A stretch of DNA of 64,000 nucleotides from Candidatus Falkowbacteria bacterium (GCA_003514005.1 DOSJ01000006.1:2281-66280), one strand, 5' to 3'. Positions 21,215 through 31,700 are shown, counted from the first letter of the stretch. Notes: generated by a model from the letters alone, not told the origin. Numbers and translations are program-made.

Positions 21215-21401
21215 TCTGCAAGCCTTGATAAGAGAACTATTCTATGTGTTTACAGGCGCTTTTTTAATTTTCTTTGCAATGGAACTATTTTTTCCCGGCA
21301 TAATTTTGGCTTATGTTAACCTAAATTTTGTATTGATTTTATGGTTAATGACTGGTATAATATTAGTGTTATCCAAAAAGAATAATGATGTGGCAGATTA
21401 A
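21198..21401 (+). CDS. small two-TM membrane protein
   Basis: 67 aa, two hydrophobic helices, overlaps the upstream stop. Confidence 0.6.
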
Positions 21402-21472
21402 TATTATTAACATAAATCCAGGGCTTCACGCAACATTTCCTTTGCCGCGCTGTGGCTATGGTATAAAAACCT

Positions 21473-21925
21473 ATGATAAAAGGTGTAATAATTAAAGACA
21501 TAACAACTTATGGAGATGAACGTGGGTGGGTTGCGGAAATATTTCGAAATGACGAAACTGATTTTCAGCCTGTAATGACTTATGTAAGCATGACAAACAA
21601 TAACGTTGTTAGAGGTCCTCATGAACATTTAGATCAAACCGATTATTTTGTTTTTTGCGGTCCAGGAACATTTGAAGTGCATCTTTGGGATCGGCGTGAA
21701 GATTCAGAAACAAAAGGCGAATACGTAAAAATAGTTGCCGGAGAAAATGAACCAAAAACAATCATTGTTCCTAACGGCGTGGTTCATGGTTACAAATGTA
21801 TTTCCGAAACTCCTGGTTTATCTATAAATCTGCCAGACAAACTTTGGAAAGGAAAAAACAAAACCGAAGAAGTTGATGAAATAAGATGGGAAAAAGACAT
21901 AAACTCACCATATAAAATAATATAA
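21473..21925 (+). CDS. rmlC: dTDP-4-dehydrorhamnose 3,5-epimerase family protein
   Basis: DERGW..E, VVRGPHEH..Q, VP.GVVHGY cupin motifs. Confidence 0.8.
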   Translation: MIKGVIIKDITTYGDERGWVAEIFRNDETDFQPVMTYVSMTNNNVVRGPHEHLDQTDYFVFCGPGTFEVHLWDRREDSETKGEYVKIVAGENEPKTIIVPNGVVHGYKCISETPGLSINLPDKLWKGKNKTEEVDEIRWEKDINSPYKII

Positions 21926-21938
21926 TAAATTAATCAAT

Positions 21939-22004
21939 AAATTAAAAATTTTAAATTTTAACAATTAAAATTGATTAGAAATTTAAAATTTAAAATTTAA
22001 AATT
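21939..22004. repeat. 7-nt period AAATTnn tandem array
   Basis: AAATT at 21939, 21946, 21953 and 21979, 21986, 21993, 22000. Confidence 0.6.
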
Positions 22005-22010
22005 AAAAAA

Positions 22011-22415
22011 ATGGATTGTATTTTTTGCAAAATCATTGCTAGTGATATTCCTAGCTACAAAGTTTATGAAGATGACATGGTTTACGCATTTTTTGATATT
22101 CTGCCAATCAGCCAAGGACACACAATTATTGTATCAAAAAAACACGTAGCGGACATTGAGGGTTTGTCCGAAGAAGAGCTAAGCGCCATGACAAAAGCAG
22201 TCAAAAAAATCGGTAAGGCAATGATTGAAGGGCTAGGTGTAAAAGGCTATAGCGTATTTTTGGACAACAAAAGCGCCGCAAACCAACATGTTCCGCACGT
22301 CCATTTTCACCTGGTACCACGCGCCGAAGGCGACGGTCTCGAACGCTGGCCGCAATCCGGTTACGGCGAAGGCGAGGCTGAGTTCTGCTTGAAAAAAGTT
22401 CAATCAAAATTATAG
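22011..22415 (+). CDS. HIT family nucleotide hydrolase
   Basis: MDCIFCKI, HVPHVHFHLVPR histidine triad. Confidence 0.92.
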   Translation: MDCIFCKIIASDIPSYKVYEDDMVYAFFDILPISQGHTIIVSKKHVADIEGLSEEELSAMTKAVKKIGKAMIEGLGVKGYSVFLDNKSAANQHVPHVHFHLVPRAEGDGLERWPQSGYGEGEAEFCLKKVQSKL

Positions 22416-22420
22416 TATTC

Positions 22421-22458
22421 CGCGGATTTACGCGAATTAGAACGCGGATAGACGCGGA
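22421..22458. repeat. CGCG-anchored four-unit repeat (10-12-10 spacing)
   Basis: CGCGGATTTA CGCGAATTAGAA CGCGGATAGA CGCGGA; inverted copy at 35799-35834. Confidence 0.7.
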
Positions 22459-22466
22459 AAAAAAAT

Positions 22467-22874
22467 ATGGATTGTTTATTTTGTAAAATTGTAAACAAAG
22501 AAATTCCTTGTCATAAAGTTTTTGAAGATGATAAGGTTTTGGCTTTTTTGGATATTGCGCCGGTTAATCCGGGGCATGTGCTGGTTATTCCAAAAAATCA
22601 TTACCAAAATCTGGAAGAAATTCCGGAACAAGAGCTATGTTCTTTGATTATTATTGTGAAAAAAATCGGAAAACTAATAAAAGAAAATCTTGGTTATGAG
22701 GGTTATAATGTATCGGAAAATAATGATCCTGTTGCAGGGCAAGTGATACCGCATATCCATTTTCATATAATTCCACGCAAGAACGGAGACGGTTTTGAAC
22801 TATGGAAGCAGGGGAAATACCTGCCAGGCGAGGCGGAGGAGGTTTTAAAAAAAATAAATAATATGGTTCTTTAA
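22467..22874 (+). CDS. HIT family nucleotide hydrolase (second paralog)
   Basis: MDCLFCKI, AGQVIPHIHFHIIPR. Confidence 0.92.
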   Translation: MDCLFCKIVNKEIPCHKVFEDDKVLAFLDIAPVNPGHVLVIPKNHYQNLEEIPEQELCSLIIIVKKIGKLIKENLGYEGYNVSENNDPVAGQVIPHIHFHIIPRKNGDGFELWKQGKYLPGEAEEVLKKINNMVL

Positions 22875-22920
22875 CTTATTTTGTAGATACACCACATCCG
22901 TATCGGACTAAACTAAAAGT

Positions 22921-23070
22921 TAATTTGAAATTTGAAATTTTTAATTTTTAATAAATTTTAAAATATTAATTTTTATTTACTTTTAAGTAACATCTATTTC
23001 TTGAAGTTGCATATTTGAAAATTTCAAATTAAAAATTCAATAAAAATTATAAATTATAAATTTAAAATTA
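22921..23070. repeat. inverted pair of 7-nt AAATT arrays
   Basis: TAATTTG AAATTTG AAATTTT TAATTTT... mirrored by ...AAATTAT AAATTAT AAATTTA AAATTA. Confidence 0.55.
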
Positions 23071-23136
23071 GATTAGCGCAACAATAAAATACTATCTTAA
23101 TCAATAATTATTTCAAAAGAATCTAAATATAATATA

Positions 23137-24021
23137 ATGAAAATCTTAATTATCGGCGCCAAGGGAAATCTTGGCGGACAATTGCAAATAGTTTTTCAAG
23201 ACCAAGAAGTTTTTGCTTGGGATAGGGATGATATCGATATTACCGACAAAGAACAAATTGATATTAAAATAGACAAGTTGAAGCCCGATATCATAATCAA
23301 TGCCGCGGCGTATAATGCGGTTGACAAATGCGAGATTGATAATGCGGAATTCAAATTGGCGAAAATGTTGAATGGTACAGCGGTTGGCTATCTGGCTGAT
23401 GCGGCTATTCGAAATAAATCTTTGTTTATACATTTTTCAACTGACCACGTTTTTAGCGGGCATAACCCAGCCAGACAATTGGAAGCAAAGCTTAATGGCG
23501 GTTTTGCGGAAGATGACGAAACCGCCACACTCAATCGTTATTCCGAGAGTAAGCTCTTGGGTGAAAAAGAAATTTTAAAAAGAGAAACCAAAGGTTTAGA
23601 GTATTATATTGTCCGCTTGTCTCTACTTTTTGGGCCAAAAGGTGAAAGCCCTGAATCAAAGCCAAGTTTTTTTGATTTGATGCTTGCGTTAAGCAACAAA
23701 CAAGAAGAGCTAACAGTGGTTTATGATGAAGTTAGTTGTTTTACCTATTCGCCGGATTTGGCGCAAACAGTAAAAAAAATAGTATTTGACAAAATGCCTT
23801 TTGGAATTTACCATATAACAAATTCCGGACAAGCTAGCTGGTATGACGGCGCTCGCGAATACTTTAATCTGCTGAATTCAGATGTCCGCATCAAGCCCGT
23901 AAGCGGCGCTATTTTCCATCGTCCGGCAAAACGTCCGTCTTTCAGCGCACTGAAAAATACCAAGCTGGAGCCTTTGCGAGATTACAAAGATGCATTAAAG
24001 GATTATTTAAAATTAAAATAA
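23137..24021 (+). CDS. rmlD: dTDP-4-dehydrorhamnose reductase
   Basis: GAKGNLG, NAAAYNAVD, STDHVF, YSESK, RP.FSAL. Confidence 0.88.
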   Translation: MKILIIGAKGNLGGQLQIVFQDQEVFAWDRDDIDITDKEQIDIKIDKLKPDIIINAAAYNAVDKCEIDNAEFKLAKMLNGTAVGYLADAAIRNKSLFIHFSTDHVFSGHNPARQLEAKLNGGFAEDDETATLNRYSESKLLGEKEILKRETKGLEYYIVRLSLLFGPKGESPESKPSFFDLMLALSNKQEELTVVYDEVSCFTYSPDLAQTVKKIVFDKMPFGIYHITNSGQASWYDGAREYFNLLNSDVRIKPVSGAIFHRPAKRPSFSALKNTKLEPLRDYKDALKDYLKLK

Positions 24022-24044
24022 ATTTAACAAATAATTTTTGATTT

Positions 24045-24842
24045 ATGAAAGGAATTATATTAGCTGGGGGGACCGCAACGCGGCTTTTTCCCTTGACAAC
24101 GACAACGAGCAAGCAATTATTACCGATTTATGATCGGCAGATGATTTTTTATCCTTTGAATGTTTTAATCAAAGCCGGAATAAAAGAAATCTTGATAATA
24201 GTTTCGCCGGAACATTCCGGACAATTTTTAAATCTGCTTGGATCTTTGTTTGAAAAGTATGGAATAAATATTGAATTTAAAGTTCAGCCGATACCGCGCG
24301 GGCTTGCGGATGCCTTTATAGTTGGAGAAAAATTTATTGGTATGGATAATGTGACTATGATTTTGGGTGACAATATCTTTGAGGATGATTTTTCAGATGA
24401 TATAAGCGGATTTAAGTCAGGAGCAAAAGTATTTGCCGTAAAAGTACCTGACCCTGAAAGATCTGGTGTTATTGTTTTTGATAATAATATGCGCGCAATT
24501 AAAATCGTTGAAAAACCCAAAGATTGGATATCTGATTATATTATCCCCGGCTTATACATTTATGACAATCGTGTATGTAATATTGCTAAAACCGTCAAAC
24601 CAAGCGATAGGTCTGAATTAGAAATCGTCGATCTGCATAATTGGTATCTAAAAAGGGGTGAGCTGGAAGTCGGCATGGTAAAAGGTGCTTGGTTAGATGC
24701 AGGAACTTTTGATTCTTTACTCGAAGCAAATATCATCGTAAAAGAAAAAAATATTTATAAACATTTTGATCCGTTGGTTGATGAAGCAATCAAGGAATTT
24801 AATATCCAATTAAAAGAATTAGCAAAAAAAAGATTATCATAG
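24045..24842 (+). CDS. rmlA: glucose-1-phosphate thymidylyltransferase family (RmlA/SpsI-like)
   Basis: GIILAGGTATRLFPLT, SKQLLPIYD, LGDNIF, VEKP, WLDAGT. Confidence 0.85.
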   Translation: MKGIILAGGTATRLFPLTTTTSKQLLPIYDRQMIFYPLNVLIKAGIKEILIIVSPEHSGQFLNLLGSLFEKYGINIEFKVQPIPRGLADAFIVGEKFIGMDNVTMILGDNIFEDDFSDDISGFKSGAKVFAVKVPDPERSGVIVFDNNMRAIKIVEKPKDWISDYIIPGLYIYDNRVCNIAKTVKPSDRSELEIVDLHNWYLKRGELEVGMVKGAWLDAGTFDSLLEANIIVKEKNIYKHFDPLVDEAIKEFNIQLKELAKKRLS

Positions 24843-24851
24843 GTATTTACT

Positions 24852-25805
24852 ATGGAAAAAAAGAAACTTTACATTGGATTTATTACTTATAGCAAAGAGG
24901 CAATGGCATATTTGCCGTATTTTTTAGATTCATTATTCAATCAGAATATAACAAATTTTGAGACATTGGCAGTTGATGGCAATGAAGATGGAACAGATAG
25001 AAATATCAAATTATTAAATAAATATCCGCAAATAAAAATTATTAGTAAAGGAAAAAATCTCGGTTTTGGAAAAAGCTTCAATCTAATGATTAATGACGCG
25101 CAAAAAAATGGAGCGGAATATTTTATGGTTTTAAATCCTGACACAATACTTGAATCTGATTGTGTTAATAATTTACTAACTGCTATCAAAAATGACAATA
25201 ATTTAGCATCAGTCAGCCCAAAGATTTATAAATGGAATTTTGTACCGGATAAATCAAATGAAAAAACAAATATTATCGATTCATTCGGCATAGTTTTAAA
25301 AACCGGTTTAAGATTTTTTGACTTAGGACAAGGGCAGATTGACCATGGACAATACGAAAATGCAAAAATTTTTGGACCGAGCGGAGCGGCGGCCATGTAC
25401 CGGATGAGCGCATTGGAAAAAGTTAAGTTTAACAATCAGTACTTTGATGAACTGATGTTTATGTACAAAGAGGACTGTGACTTGGCTTATCGCTTATTTT
25501 TGGCAGGTTACTCATCCGCCTTAGTTACAACTGCAAAAATGTATCATGACAGGACTGTGAGCGGAAAAGGTGATGGTAATATTTTAATTGCATTGAACAG
25601 AAGAAATAAAAGCAGAAAAGCCAAAAAATGGTCATTGTTTCATCAGCTGATTATTATAAAAAAATATTGGAGATTGCAAAATACAATAAACAAAATTTCT
25701 ATTTTGAAACATGTATTTTTAATGTTTATTTTTTCCTTAATATTCGAGCAATATCTTTTGATTTATTTTTTTAAAATTTTTAGGACAAAAGTAAATAAGT
25801 ATTAA
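24852..25805 (+). CDS. glycosyltransferase family 2
   Basis: NLGF..., LNPD, FMYKEDCDL motifs. Confidence 0.88.
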   Translation: MEKKKLYIGFITYSKEAMAYLPYFLDSLFNQNITNFETLAVDGNEDGTDRNIKLLNKYPQIKIISKGKNLGFGKSFNLMINDAQKNGAEYFMVLNPDTILESDCVNNLLTAIKNDNNLASVSPKIYKWNFVPDKSNEKTNIIDSFGIVLKTGLRFFDLGQGQIDHGQYENAKIFGPSGAAAMYRMSALEKVKFNNQYFDELMFMYKEDCDLAYRLFLAGYSSALVTTAKMYHDRTVSGKGDGNILIALNRRNKSRKAKKWSLFHQLIIIKKYWRLQNTINKISILKHVFLMFIFSLIFEQYLLIYFFKIFRTKVNKY

Positions 25806-25807
25806 AT

Positions 25808-26671
25808 ATGCGACTATCAATCATAACCGTATCTTGGAACGTAGAAAAAAAGCTTGAAGAAAGCTTAAGAGCTATTTTTTCTTCAACAGGACTTACTCCT
25901 GACGAATTTGAAGTGATTGTTATAGACAATCACTCAAAAGATAAAACCGTAGAAATGATTAAGCGAAAATTTTTGCGTGTAAACTTGATTGCAAATAAAA
26001 AAAATCTCGGCTTTGCCAAGGCCAATAACCAGGGAATCGGACAAGCGCATGGCCAATATATCCTTTTATTAAACCCTGACATGCTTGTGCGTTCGGATAC
26101 TTTGAGGAAAATGATTGATTGGATGGAAAAAAATCCGCAGGCCAGCGTCGCGGGATGCCATTTGCAAAATGAAAAAGGGGAAACAATCAAGCATGTGCGC
26201 AATTTTCCGACATTATGGGATCAAGCGGCAATCATATTAAAGCTTCCTCATATCTTTCCAAATATTTTGAAAAAATATATTCCCGAAGATTTTGATTATA
26301 ATAAGGCGGCAAAAGTTGACTCGATTCGTGGCGGATTTTTCATGGTACGGGCAAAACGCCATATCCCTTTTTGGCTGGATGAACGCTATTTTATTTGGTT
26401 TGAAGAAGTCGACTTTTGTTTGCAGATAAAAAATATCGGTGAAGAAGTTTGGTATACGCCGGTTGCGGAGTGCACAGACTATGTCGGTCAAAGTTTTAAT
26501 CAAGTAAATAGTCTAAAAAAACAAAAATATTTTCGTGATTCCATGCTAAAATATTTTAAAAAATGGCATCCATCTTGGCAATATTGGCTACTGAGATTTT
26601 TATGGCCAATTGGCTTTTTATTAACTTGTATTGCTGAAAATCTTAGATTCAAAAGCAGAGGCAAAACCTAA
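25808..26671 (+). CDS. glycosyltransferase family 2 (rhamnosyltransferase-like)
   Basis: IDNHSKD, NLGFAKANN, LLNPD, FIWFEEVDFC. Confidence 0.88.
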   Translation: MRLSIITVSWNVEKKLEESLRAIFSSTGLTPDEFEVIVIDNHSKDKTVEMIKRKFLRVNLIANKKNLGFAKANNQGIGQAHGQYILLLNPDMLVRSDTLRKMIDWMEKNPQASVAGCHLQNEKGETIKHVRNFPTLWDQAAIILKLPHIFPNILKKYIPEDFDYNKAAKVDSIRGGFFMVRAKRHIPFWLDERYFIWFEEVDFCLQIKNIGEEVWYTPVAECTDYVGQSFNQVNSLKKQKYFRDSMLKYFKKWHPSWQYWLLRFLWPIGFLLTCIAENLRFKSRGKT

Positions 26672-26677
26672 AATACT

Positions 26678-27733
26678 ATGTTTAAAAAAGTTGCAATAAT
26701 TATTTCACCAAACTACAAGGACTATGCGGAAAAATTTTTGCCAGACTGCATCAAGAGCATTCGTGAACAGGATTATTCGGGAGATATAAAAATATTTATT
26801 ACCGATAATGAAACGTCGCCAACCAGCGTTTTGTTGCTAAAAAAATTAGCGCCGGATGCCGAGCTTGTTCTAAATATTCATAACGATGGTTTTGCAAAAG
26901 GTTGTAACGACAGCATGCGCTTGGCGCTTAGTCAGGGGTTTGATTATATTTTTTTAGTAAGCATCCATTCAATTTTGGAAAAAAACTGTGTAAGCGAATT
27001 GGTAAAATTACTGGAAAGTGATAAAAAGATTGGTGTTGCGCAAGCGCGCATGATGTTGTATGGTGATACAGATATAGTAGCGAGCCTGGGAAACGAAACG
27101 CATTTTTTAGGTTTTGGATTTTCGAGCGGTTATAAAAAAAGATGGGAAAATCAAAATATTATTTCAAAAGATGTTTTTTATACCTCAGGGGCTTCCATGA
27201 TGTTTCCGCGAGAAGCATTAATAAAAGTCGGATTATTTGATGAAGAATATTGGATGTATAATGAAGACCAAGAACTGCCATGGCGTCTGTGCCTAAACGG
27301 CTGGCGAGCCGTTGTCGCGCTTAATGCGGTTGCCGTAACCAAATACAACTTTAAGAGATCAATCAAACAAACTTATTGGATGGATCGCAATCGAATAATT
27401 TCAATTATAATTTGTTATAAAATAAAAACACTAATCTTGATTCTTCCCGCGTTTATAATCATGGAAATCGGTCAACTTTTTTTTGCTTGGAAAAATAAAT
27501 GGTTAAAAGACAAGTTGAGGGTTTATTTATATTTTCTAAATCCAAAAACCTGGGCTTATTTAATTTCAGCTAGGCATCGAAATCAAAGCTTGCGAATAAT
27601 AAAAGATAAAGAAATCTGCAAAATGATTACCGGAGTAATCGATCACCAAGAATTTAATGATTGGAAATTACGATTAATTAATCCGTTTTTTAATTTTTAC
27701 TGGAAGACGATAAAATTTATTATGTTTTGGTAA
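26678..27733 (+). CDS. glycosyltransferase family 2
   Basis: GFAKGCN, SGASM, FDEEYWMYNED; the DxD-region reads VSIH. Confidence 0.82.
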   Translation: MFKKVAIIISPNYKDYAEKFLPDCIKSIREQDYSGDIKIFITDNETSPTSVLLLKKLAPDAELVLNIHNDGFAKGCNDSMRLALSQGFDYIFLVSIHSILEKNCVSELVKLLESDKKIGVAQARMMLYGDTDIVASLGNETHFLGFGFSSGYKKRWENQNIISKDVFYTSGASMMFPREALIKVGLFDEEYWMYNEDQELPWRLCLNGWRAVVALNAVAVTKYNFKRSIKQTYWMDRNRIISIIICYKIKTLILILPAFIIMEIGQLFFAWKNKWLKDKLRVYLYFLNPKTWAYLISARHRNQSLRIIKDKEICKMITGVIDHQEFNDWKLRLINPFFNFYWKTIKFIMFW

Positions 27734-27763
27734 TCAATGTATTGGGATATATAAAAACTTTTT

Positions 27764-27853
27764 TGTCATTCCCGCGAAGGCGGGAATCCAGGGTTTATTG
27801 CTCGAAACTGGATTCCCGCCGGAGTTTATGCCCGGAGGGGTACGGGAATGACA
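27764..27853. repeat. REP/dRS3-like doublet (arm A plus arm C)
   Basis: TGTCATTCCCGCGAAGGCGGGAATCCAG ... CTGGATTCCCGCCGGAGTTTATGCCCGGAGGGGTACGGGAATGACA. Confidence 0.82.
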
Positions 27854-27920
27854 AGCGAAGAAATTAAGTCTAAAATAATTTTTTTTAAATCCAAATCTTG
27901 AAATTAGAAATTTTATATTT

Positions 27921-28724
27921 ATGGACATCAGTATCGTAATCGTAAATTACAAAAGCAAAGGCGACACTTTGAATTGCATAAAATCAATCAAAGAGGCTTG
28001 TTTTGATATTGCGGATAAAAAGTTAAAACATGAAATCATTGTCGTTGATAATAATTCCGGCGATGCGATTGGTGAAATCCTTAATTGGCAATATCCGGAA
28101 ATCGTATTTATTCAAAATAAAAAAAATACCGGAATGGGCGCGGGCAACAATGTCGGCCTAAAAAAAGCGCAGGGGAAGTACTCGGTAGTTATGAACCCGG
28201 ATATTATCGTATTCAAAGACGTGTTTACAAAGCTGTACGGCTACATGGAAACAAACGAAAATATCGGAATAATCGCGCCTCAGCAATTGTCGCCGGACCG
28301 CAGTATCCAAGATTCTTGCTATCGCTGGCATGGCCTACTAACGCCGATTTATCGCCGTACTCCTTTGGGCAAAACCGGCTTTGCCAAAAAAGATATTGAT
28401 CATTTTTTGATGAAAGATTTTGACCACAAAACCATCAGAAATGTCGATTGGCTTTTAGGGTCATTTCTGTTTTGTCGCAGTGAAGCATTAAAACAAGTCG
28501 GCTATTTTGACGAGAGATATTTTATGTATTTTGAAGATACGGATTTATGCCGCAGATTTTGGAATAAAAATTGGAAAATAGTCTATTATCCGTTAGTCAA
28601 AGTTATCCATAATCATGCGCGTGAAAGCGCCCAGGTAGCGTGGTACAAGTTTTTTACCAGCACGACCACAAAACATCATATTCGGTCTTGGGTGAAGTAT
28701 TTGTTAAAATGGGAGATTAAATAA
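27921..28724 (+). CDS. glycosyltransferase family 2 (WbbL-like)
   Basis: VVDNNSGD, GAGNN, MNPD, FDERYFMYFEDTDLC. Confidence 0.9.
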   Translation: MDISIVIVNYKSKGDTLNCIKSIKEACFDIADKKLKHEIIVVDNNSGDAIGEILNWQYPEIVFIQNKKNTGMGAGNNVGLKKAQGKYSVVMNPDIIVFKDVFTKLYGYMETNENIGIIAPQQLSPDRSIQDSCYRWHGLLTPIYRRTPLGKTGFAKKDIDHFLMKDFDHKTIRNVDWLLGSFLFCRSEALKQVGYFDERYFMYFEDTDLCRRFWNKNWKIVYYPLVKVIHNHARESAQVAWYKFFTSTTTKHHIRSWVKYLLKWEIK

Positions 28725-28726
28725 TT

Positions 28727-28804
28727 TAGGATATAAGATTTTAGATATATGATTTAATTTATTATTAAAATATATCTAAAATCATATATCATAAATCATA
28801 AATT
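28727..28804. repeat. inverted pair of 7-nt GAT/ATC arrays
   Basis: TAGGATA TAAGATT TTAGATA TATGATT mirrored by TATCTAA AATCATA TATCATA AATCATA. Confidence 0.6.
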
Positions 28805-28810
28805 ACTACC

Positions 28811-29671
28811 ATGCAAAAAATAAAAAAAGCCATTGTCGCAGTCGCCGGTTCGGGTACGCGCCTGTTGCCTGTAACCAAGGCCATGCCAAAAGAGATGTTA
28901 CCGATAGTCGACAAGCCGATTATCCAGCTTGTTGTTGAGGAATTGGTTGCGGCCGGAATCGAGGATATCATTCTCGTAACCAAGTGGGACAAGAAGCCGC
29001 TTGAAGACCATTTTGACCACAGTATTGCCCTGGAAATCGATCTTGAAAAAGCCGGTAAGCTGAAAATTTTGGAAGAAATAAAAAAAATCGCCGGTTTGGC
29101 AAATTTTATTTATGTGCGCCAAGCGCCGCAATACGGCAACGGTGTACCGATTTTATCTGCGTCCACTTTAGTTAAAGACGAGTTTTTTGTTTTTTGCTTT
29201 GGCGATGATTTGGTAAAATCAAAGGTATCGTTTACAAAACAAATGGTCGATGAATATGAAAAAGTCGGTAAGCCCATGATCGGCGTACAGGAAATGCCAA
29301 AGGATGTTTTGGATCGTTATGGCATAGTCGATCTTTTCCCAAATTCAATGCGTCTCAAGGGTATTGTTGAAAAGCCTGAATACGGAACCGCGCCCTCAAA
29401 TCTTGCCTCGTTTGGTAGAATGATTTTGAATCAGGAAATCGTTGATGAATTAAAAAACACCCCCCTGGGAAAGGGAGGTGAATTGTGGATTGTGGATGCT
29501 ATTGAAAAATATATTAAAAAGGGTGGTGATTTTTATGCCAAGAAAGTCGAAGATGGGGAATGGCTGACTACCGGAGACCCTTTGAATTATCTACGCGCGA
29601 CTTTGAAATACGCTTTTGATCGCCCGGAGCTTAGGGATGAGATAGCGGATTTTTACAAGAATAATTATTAA
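28811..29671 (+). CDS. galU: UTP-glucose-1-phosphate uridylyltransferase
   Basis: AGSGTRLLPVTKAMPKEMLPIVDKP, EDHFD, VEKP. Confidence 0.9.
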   Translation: MQKIKKAIVAVAGSGTRLLPVTKAMPKEMLPIVDKPIIQLVVEELVAAGIEDIILVTKWDKKPLEDHFDHSIALEIDLEKAGKLKILEEIKKIAGLANFIYVRQAPQYGNGVPILSASTLVKDEFFVFCFGDDLVKSKVSFTKQMVDEYEKVGKPMIGVQEMPKDVLDRYGIVDLFPNSMRLKGIVEKPEYGTAPSNLASFGRMILNQEIVDELKNTPLGKGGELWIVDAIEKYIKKGGDFYAKKVEDGEWLTTGDPLNYLRATLKYAFDRPELRDEIADFYKNNY

Positions 29672-31461
29672 ATCTTTGCCCTTCCGGCTCGCACTCTCTC
29701 GTTTTCAGTCAAATATTGTTTTCTTAAACGGACGCTTTTTGGTGTAATCTCAAGATATTCATCGTCTTTCATAATACTCATGCCTCTTTCCAGTGTCAAC
29801 TCAACCGGAGGAGTCAAGCGTATCGCTTCATCCGCGCCGGAAGCGCGCATATTTGTCAGATGCTTGCCCTTGGTCGGATTAACCGCAAGGTCATTGCCCT
29901 TGGCAACATTGCCGACAACCATACCTTCGTAAATATCAACGTTTGCTCCAATATAAAGATCGCCGCGATCCTGAAGATTGTACAAAGAGAATCCCAAGGC
30001 CTTGCCGGATGCCATTGATATCATGGAACCGACAGTATGTTTTTCAATTTCGCCAACATAGGGTTTAAAACCGATAACACGAGAATATAGAATGCCTTCA
30101 CCTTTTGTGTCTACCACAAAATCATTGCGATAACCAAGTAAACCGCGGGTCGGAATTTCAAAAATAATTCTAGTATGTCCATGTTCCGGTTTCATTTCAA
30201 GCATTGCTCCGCGTCGTTTGGATAATTTTTCGATAACGGTTCCGGTCATATTTTCCGGAACATTGATTGTAAGCTCTTCAAACGGTTCTAGTTTTTCACC
30301 GTTTTCTTCCTTGATAATAACATGTGGCTGAGATATTTGAATCTCGTAGCCTTCACGCCGCATATTTTCCAAAAGAATAGCGATATGCATTTCGCCACGA
30401 CCGCTTACCTTGTAGTGGTCAATCGCAGAAAAATCAATCTTTAGACCAACGTTTATTTCAAGCTCTTTTAATAATCTTTCTTTGATTTTGCTATTGGTAA
30501 CCAGTTTGCCTTCGCGTCCGGCAAATGGAGAAGTGTTGACCAAAAAATTCAATGTAATGGTTGGCTCATCAATCTCGATTGCCGGCAAAGCGGGTTGATT
30601 TTCGTTGTCACAGATAGTTTCGCCAATAAAAATATTCGGCAAACCGGATGTCATTATAATATCGCCGGCATAGGCTTCGCTTACTTCTTTTCGGGTCAAG
30701 CCTTCAAAAGTAAAAAGCTTTGATATTTTTCCTTCACGCGTATTGTTTTTGATATCTTTGATAAGTACTCTGCTTCCCGATTTTATCGTACCTTCGTATA
30801 TTCTGGAAATAGCCAAGCGTCCCAGAAAATTATCATAACCAAGATTAAAAGGCTGTGCACTCAAAGGACGTGTGTTACTATCCGCGCTTGATGCTATTGG
30901 CGTTTGTTTTAAAATAACATCCAAAAGGGGACTAAGACTGTCGGAATTATCGTCCATATTTAATTTGGCAATTCCTTGTTTAGCGATTGCGTAGATGGTT
31001 GTAAAATCGAGCTGTTCATCGTTGGCACCCAAATCCAAAAAAAGTTCATATACCATTTCTTTTACTTCTTCTGCTCTTGCCGCCGGTTTGTCGATTTTAT
31101 TAATAACCACAATCGGTTTCAAGCCAAGCTCAAGTGATTTTTTCAAAACAAACTTTGTCTGCGGCATCGGACCTTCTTGCGCGTCAACAACCAAAAGAAC
31201 CGAATCAATTGAACGGAGAACGCGCTCTACTTCGGAGCCGAAATCCGCATGACCGGGAGTATCAACGATATTGATCTTTGTATCTTTATAGTAAACCGAT
31301 GTATTTTTTGAATAAATCGTAATGCCACGCTCAAGCTCGAGCGCGTTTGAATCCATGCTAACGCCTTCTTCAGACATCCCGGTCTGGCGCATCAAAGCAT
31401 CGGTAAGAGTTGTCTTGCCGTGGTCAACGTGTGCGATAATTGCTATATTTCGAATATCCAT
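29668..31461 (-). CDS. typA: translational GTPase TypA/BipA
   Basis: IAHVDHGKTT, ERGITI, DTPGHADF, GRGEMH, EITPKSVRLRK. Confidence 0.96.
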   Translation of the reverse strand: MDIRNIAIIAHVDHGKTTLTDALMRQTGMSEEGVSMDSNALELERGITIYSKNTSVYYKDTKINIVDTPGHADFGSEVERVLRSIDSVLLVVDAQEGPMPQTKFVLKKSLELGLKPIVVINKIDKPAARAEEVKEMVYELFLDLGANDEQLDFTTIYAIAKQGIAKLNMDDNSDSLSPLLDVILKQTPIASSADSNTRPLSAQPFNLGYDNFLGRLAISRIYEGTIKSGSRVLIKDIKNNTREGKISKLFTFEGLTRKEVSEAYAGDIIMTSGLPNIFIGETICDNENQPALPAIEIDEPTITLNFLVNTSPFAGREGKLVTNSKIKERLLKELEINVGLKIDFSAIDHYKVSGRGEMHIAILLENMRREGYEIQISQPHVIIKEENGEKLEPFEELTINVPENMTGTVIEKLSKRRGAMLEMKPEHGHTRIIFEIPTRGLLGYRNDFVVDTKGEGILYSRVIGFKPYVGEIEKHTVGSMISMASGKALGFSLYNLQDRGDLYIGANVDIYEGMVVGNVAKGNDLAVNPTKGKHLTNMRASGADEAIRLTPPVELTLERGMSIMKDDEYLEITPKSVRLRKQYLTENERVRAGRAKI

Positions 31462-31700
31462 GCAAATAAAAGTCGCCTTAACTAGAGGGCGACATGATTA
31501 GATTATTTATATATTAAAATATCATAATACATTTTTATATAAAAGTCAATACTTATTAATTTTTTAAAAATTAGCTAAAATAAGCTATTATTTTAATAAT
31601 AGCAAATTGGTATTGACTTTTGTTAATAGATATGATAAAAAGAGTTAGGTTTGACCTATGGTGGGTCATTTTTTTGTACATTTAAAAAGGAGTTTAAGAA

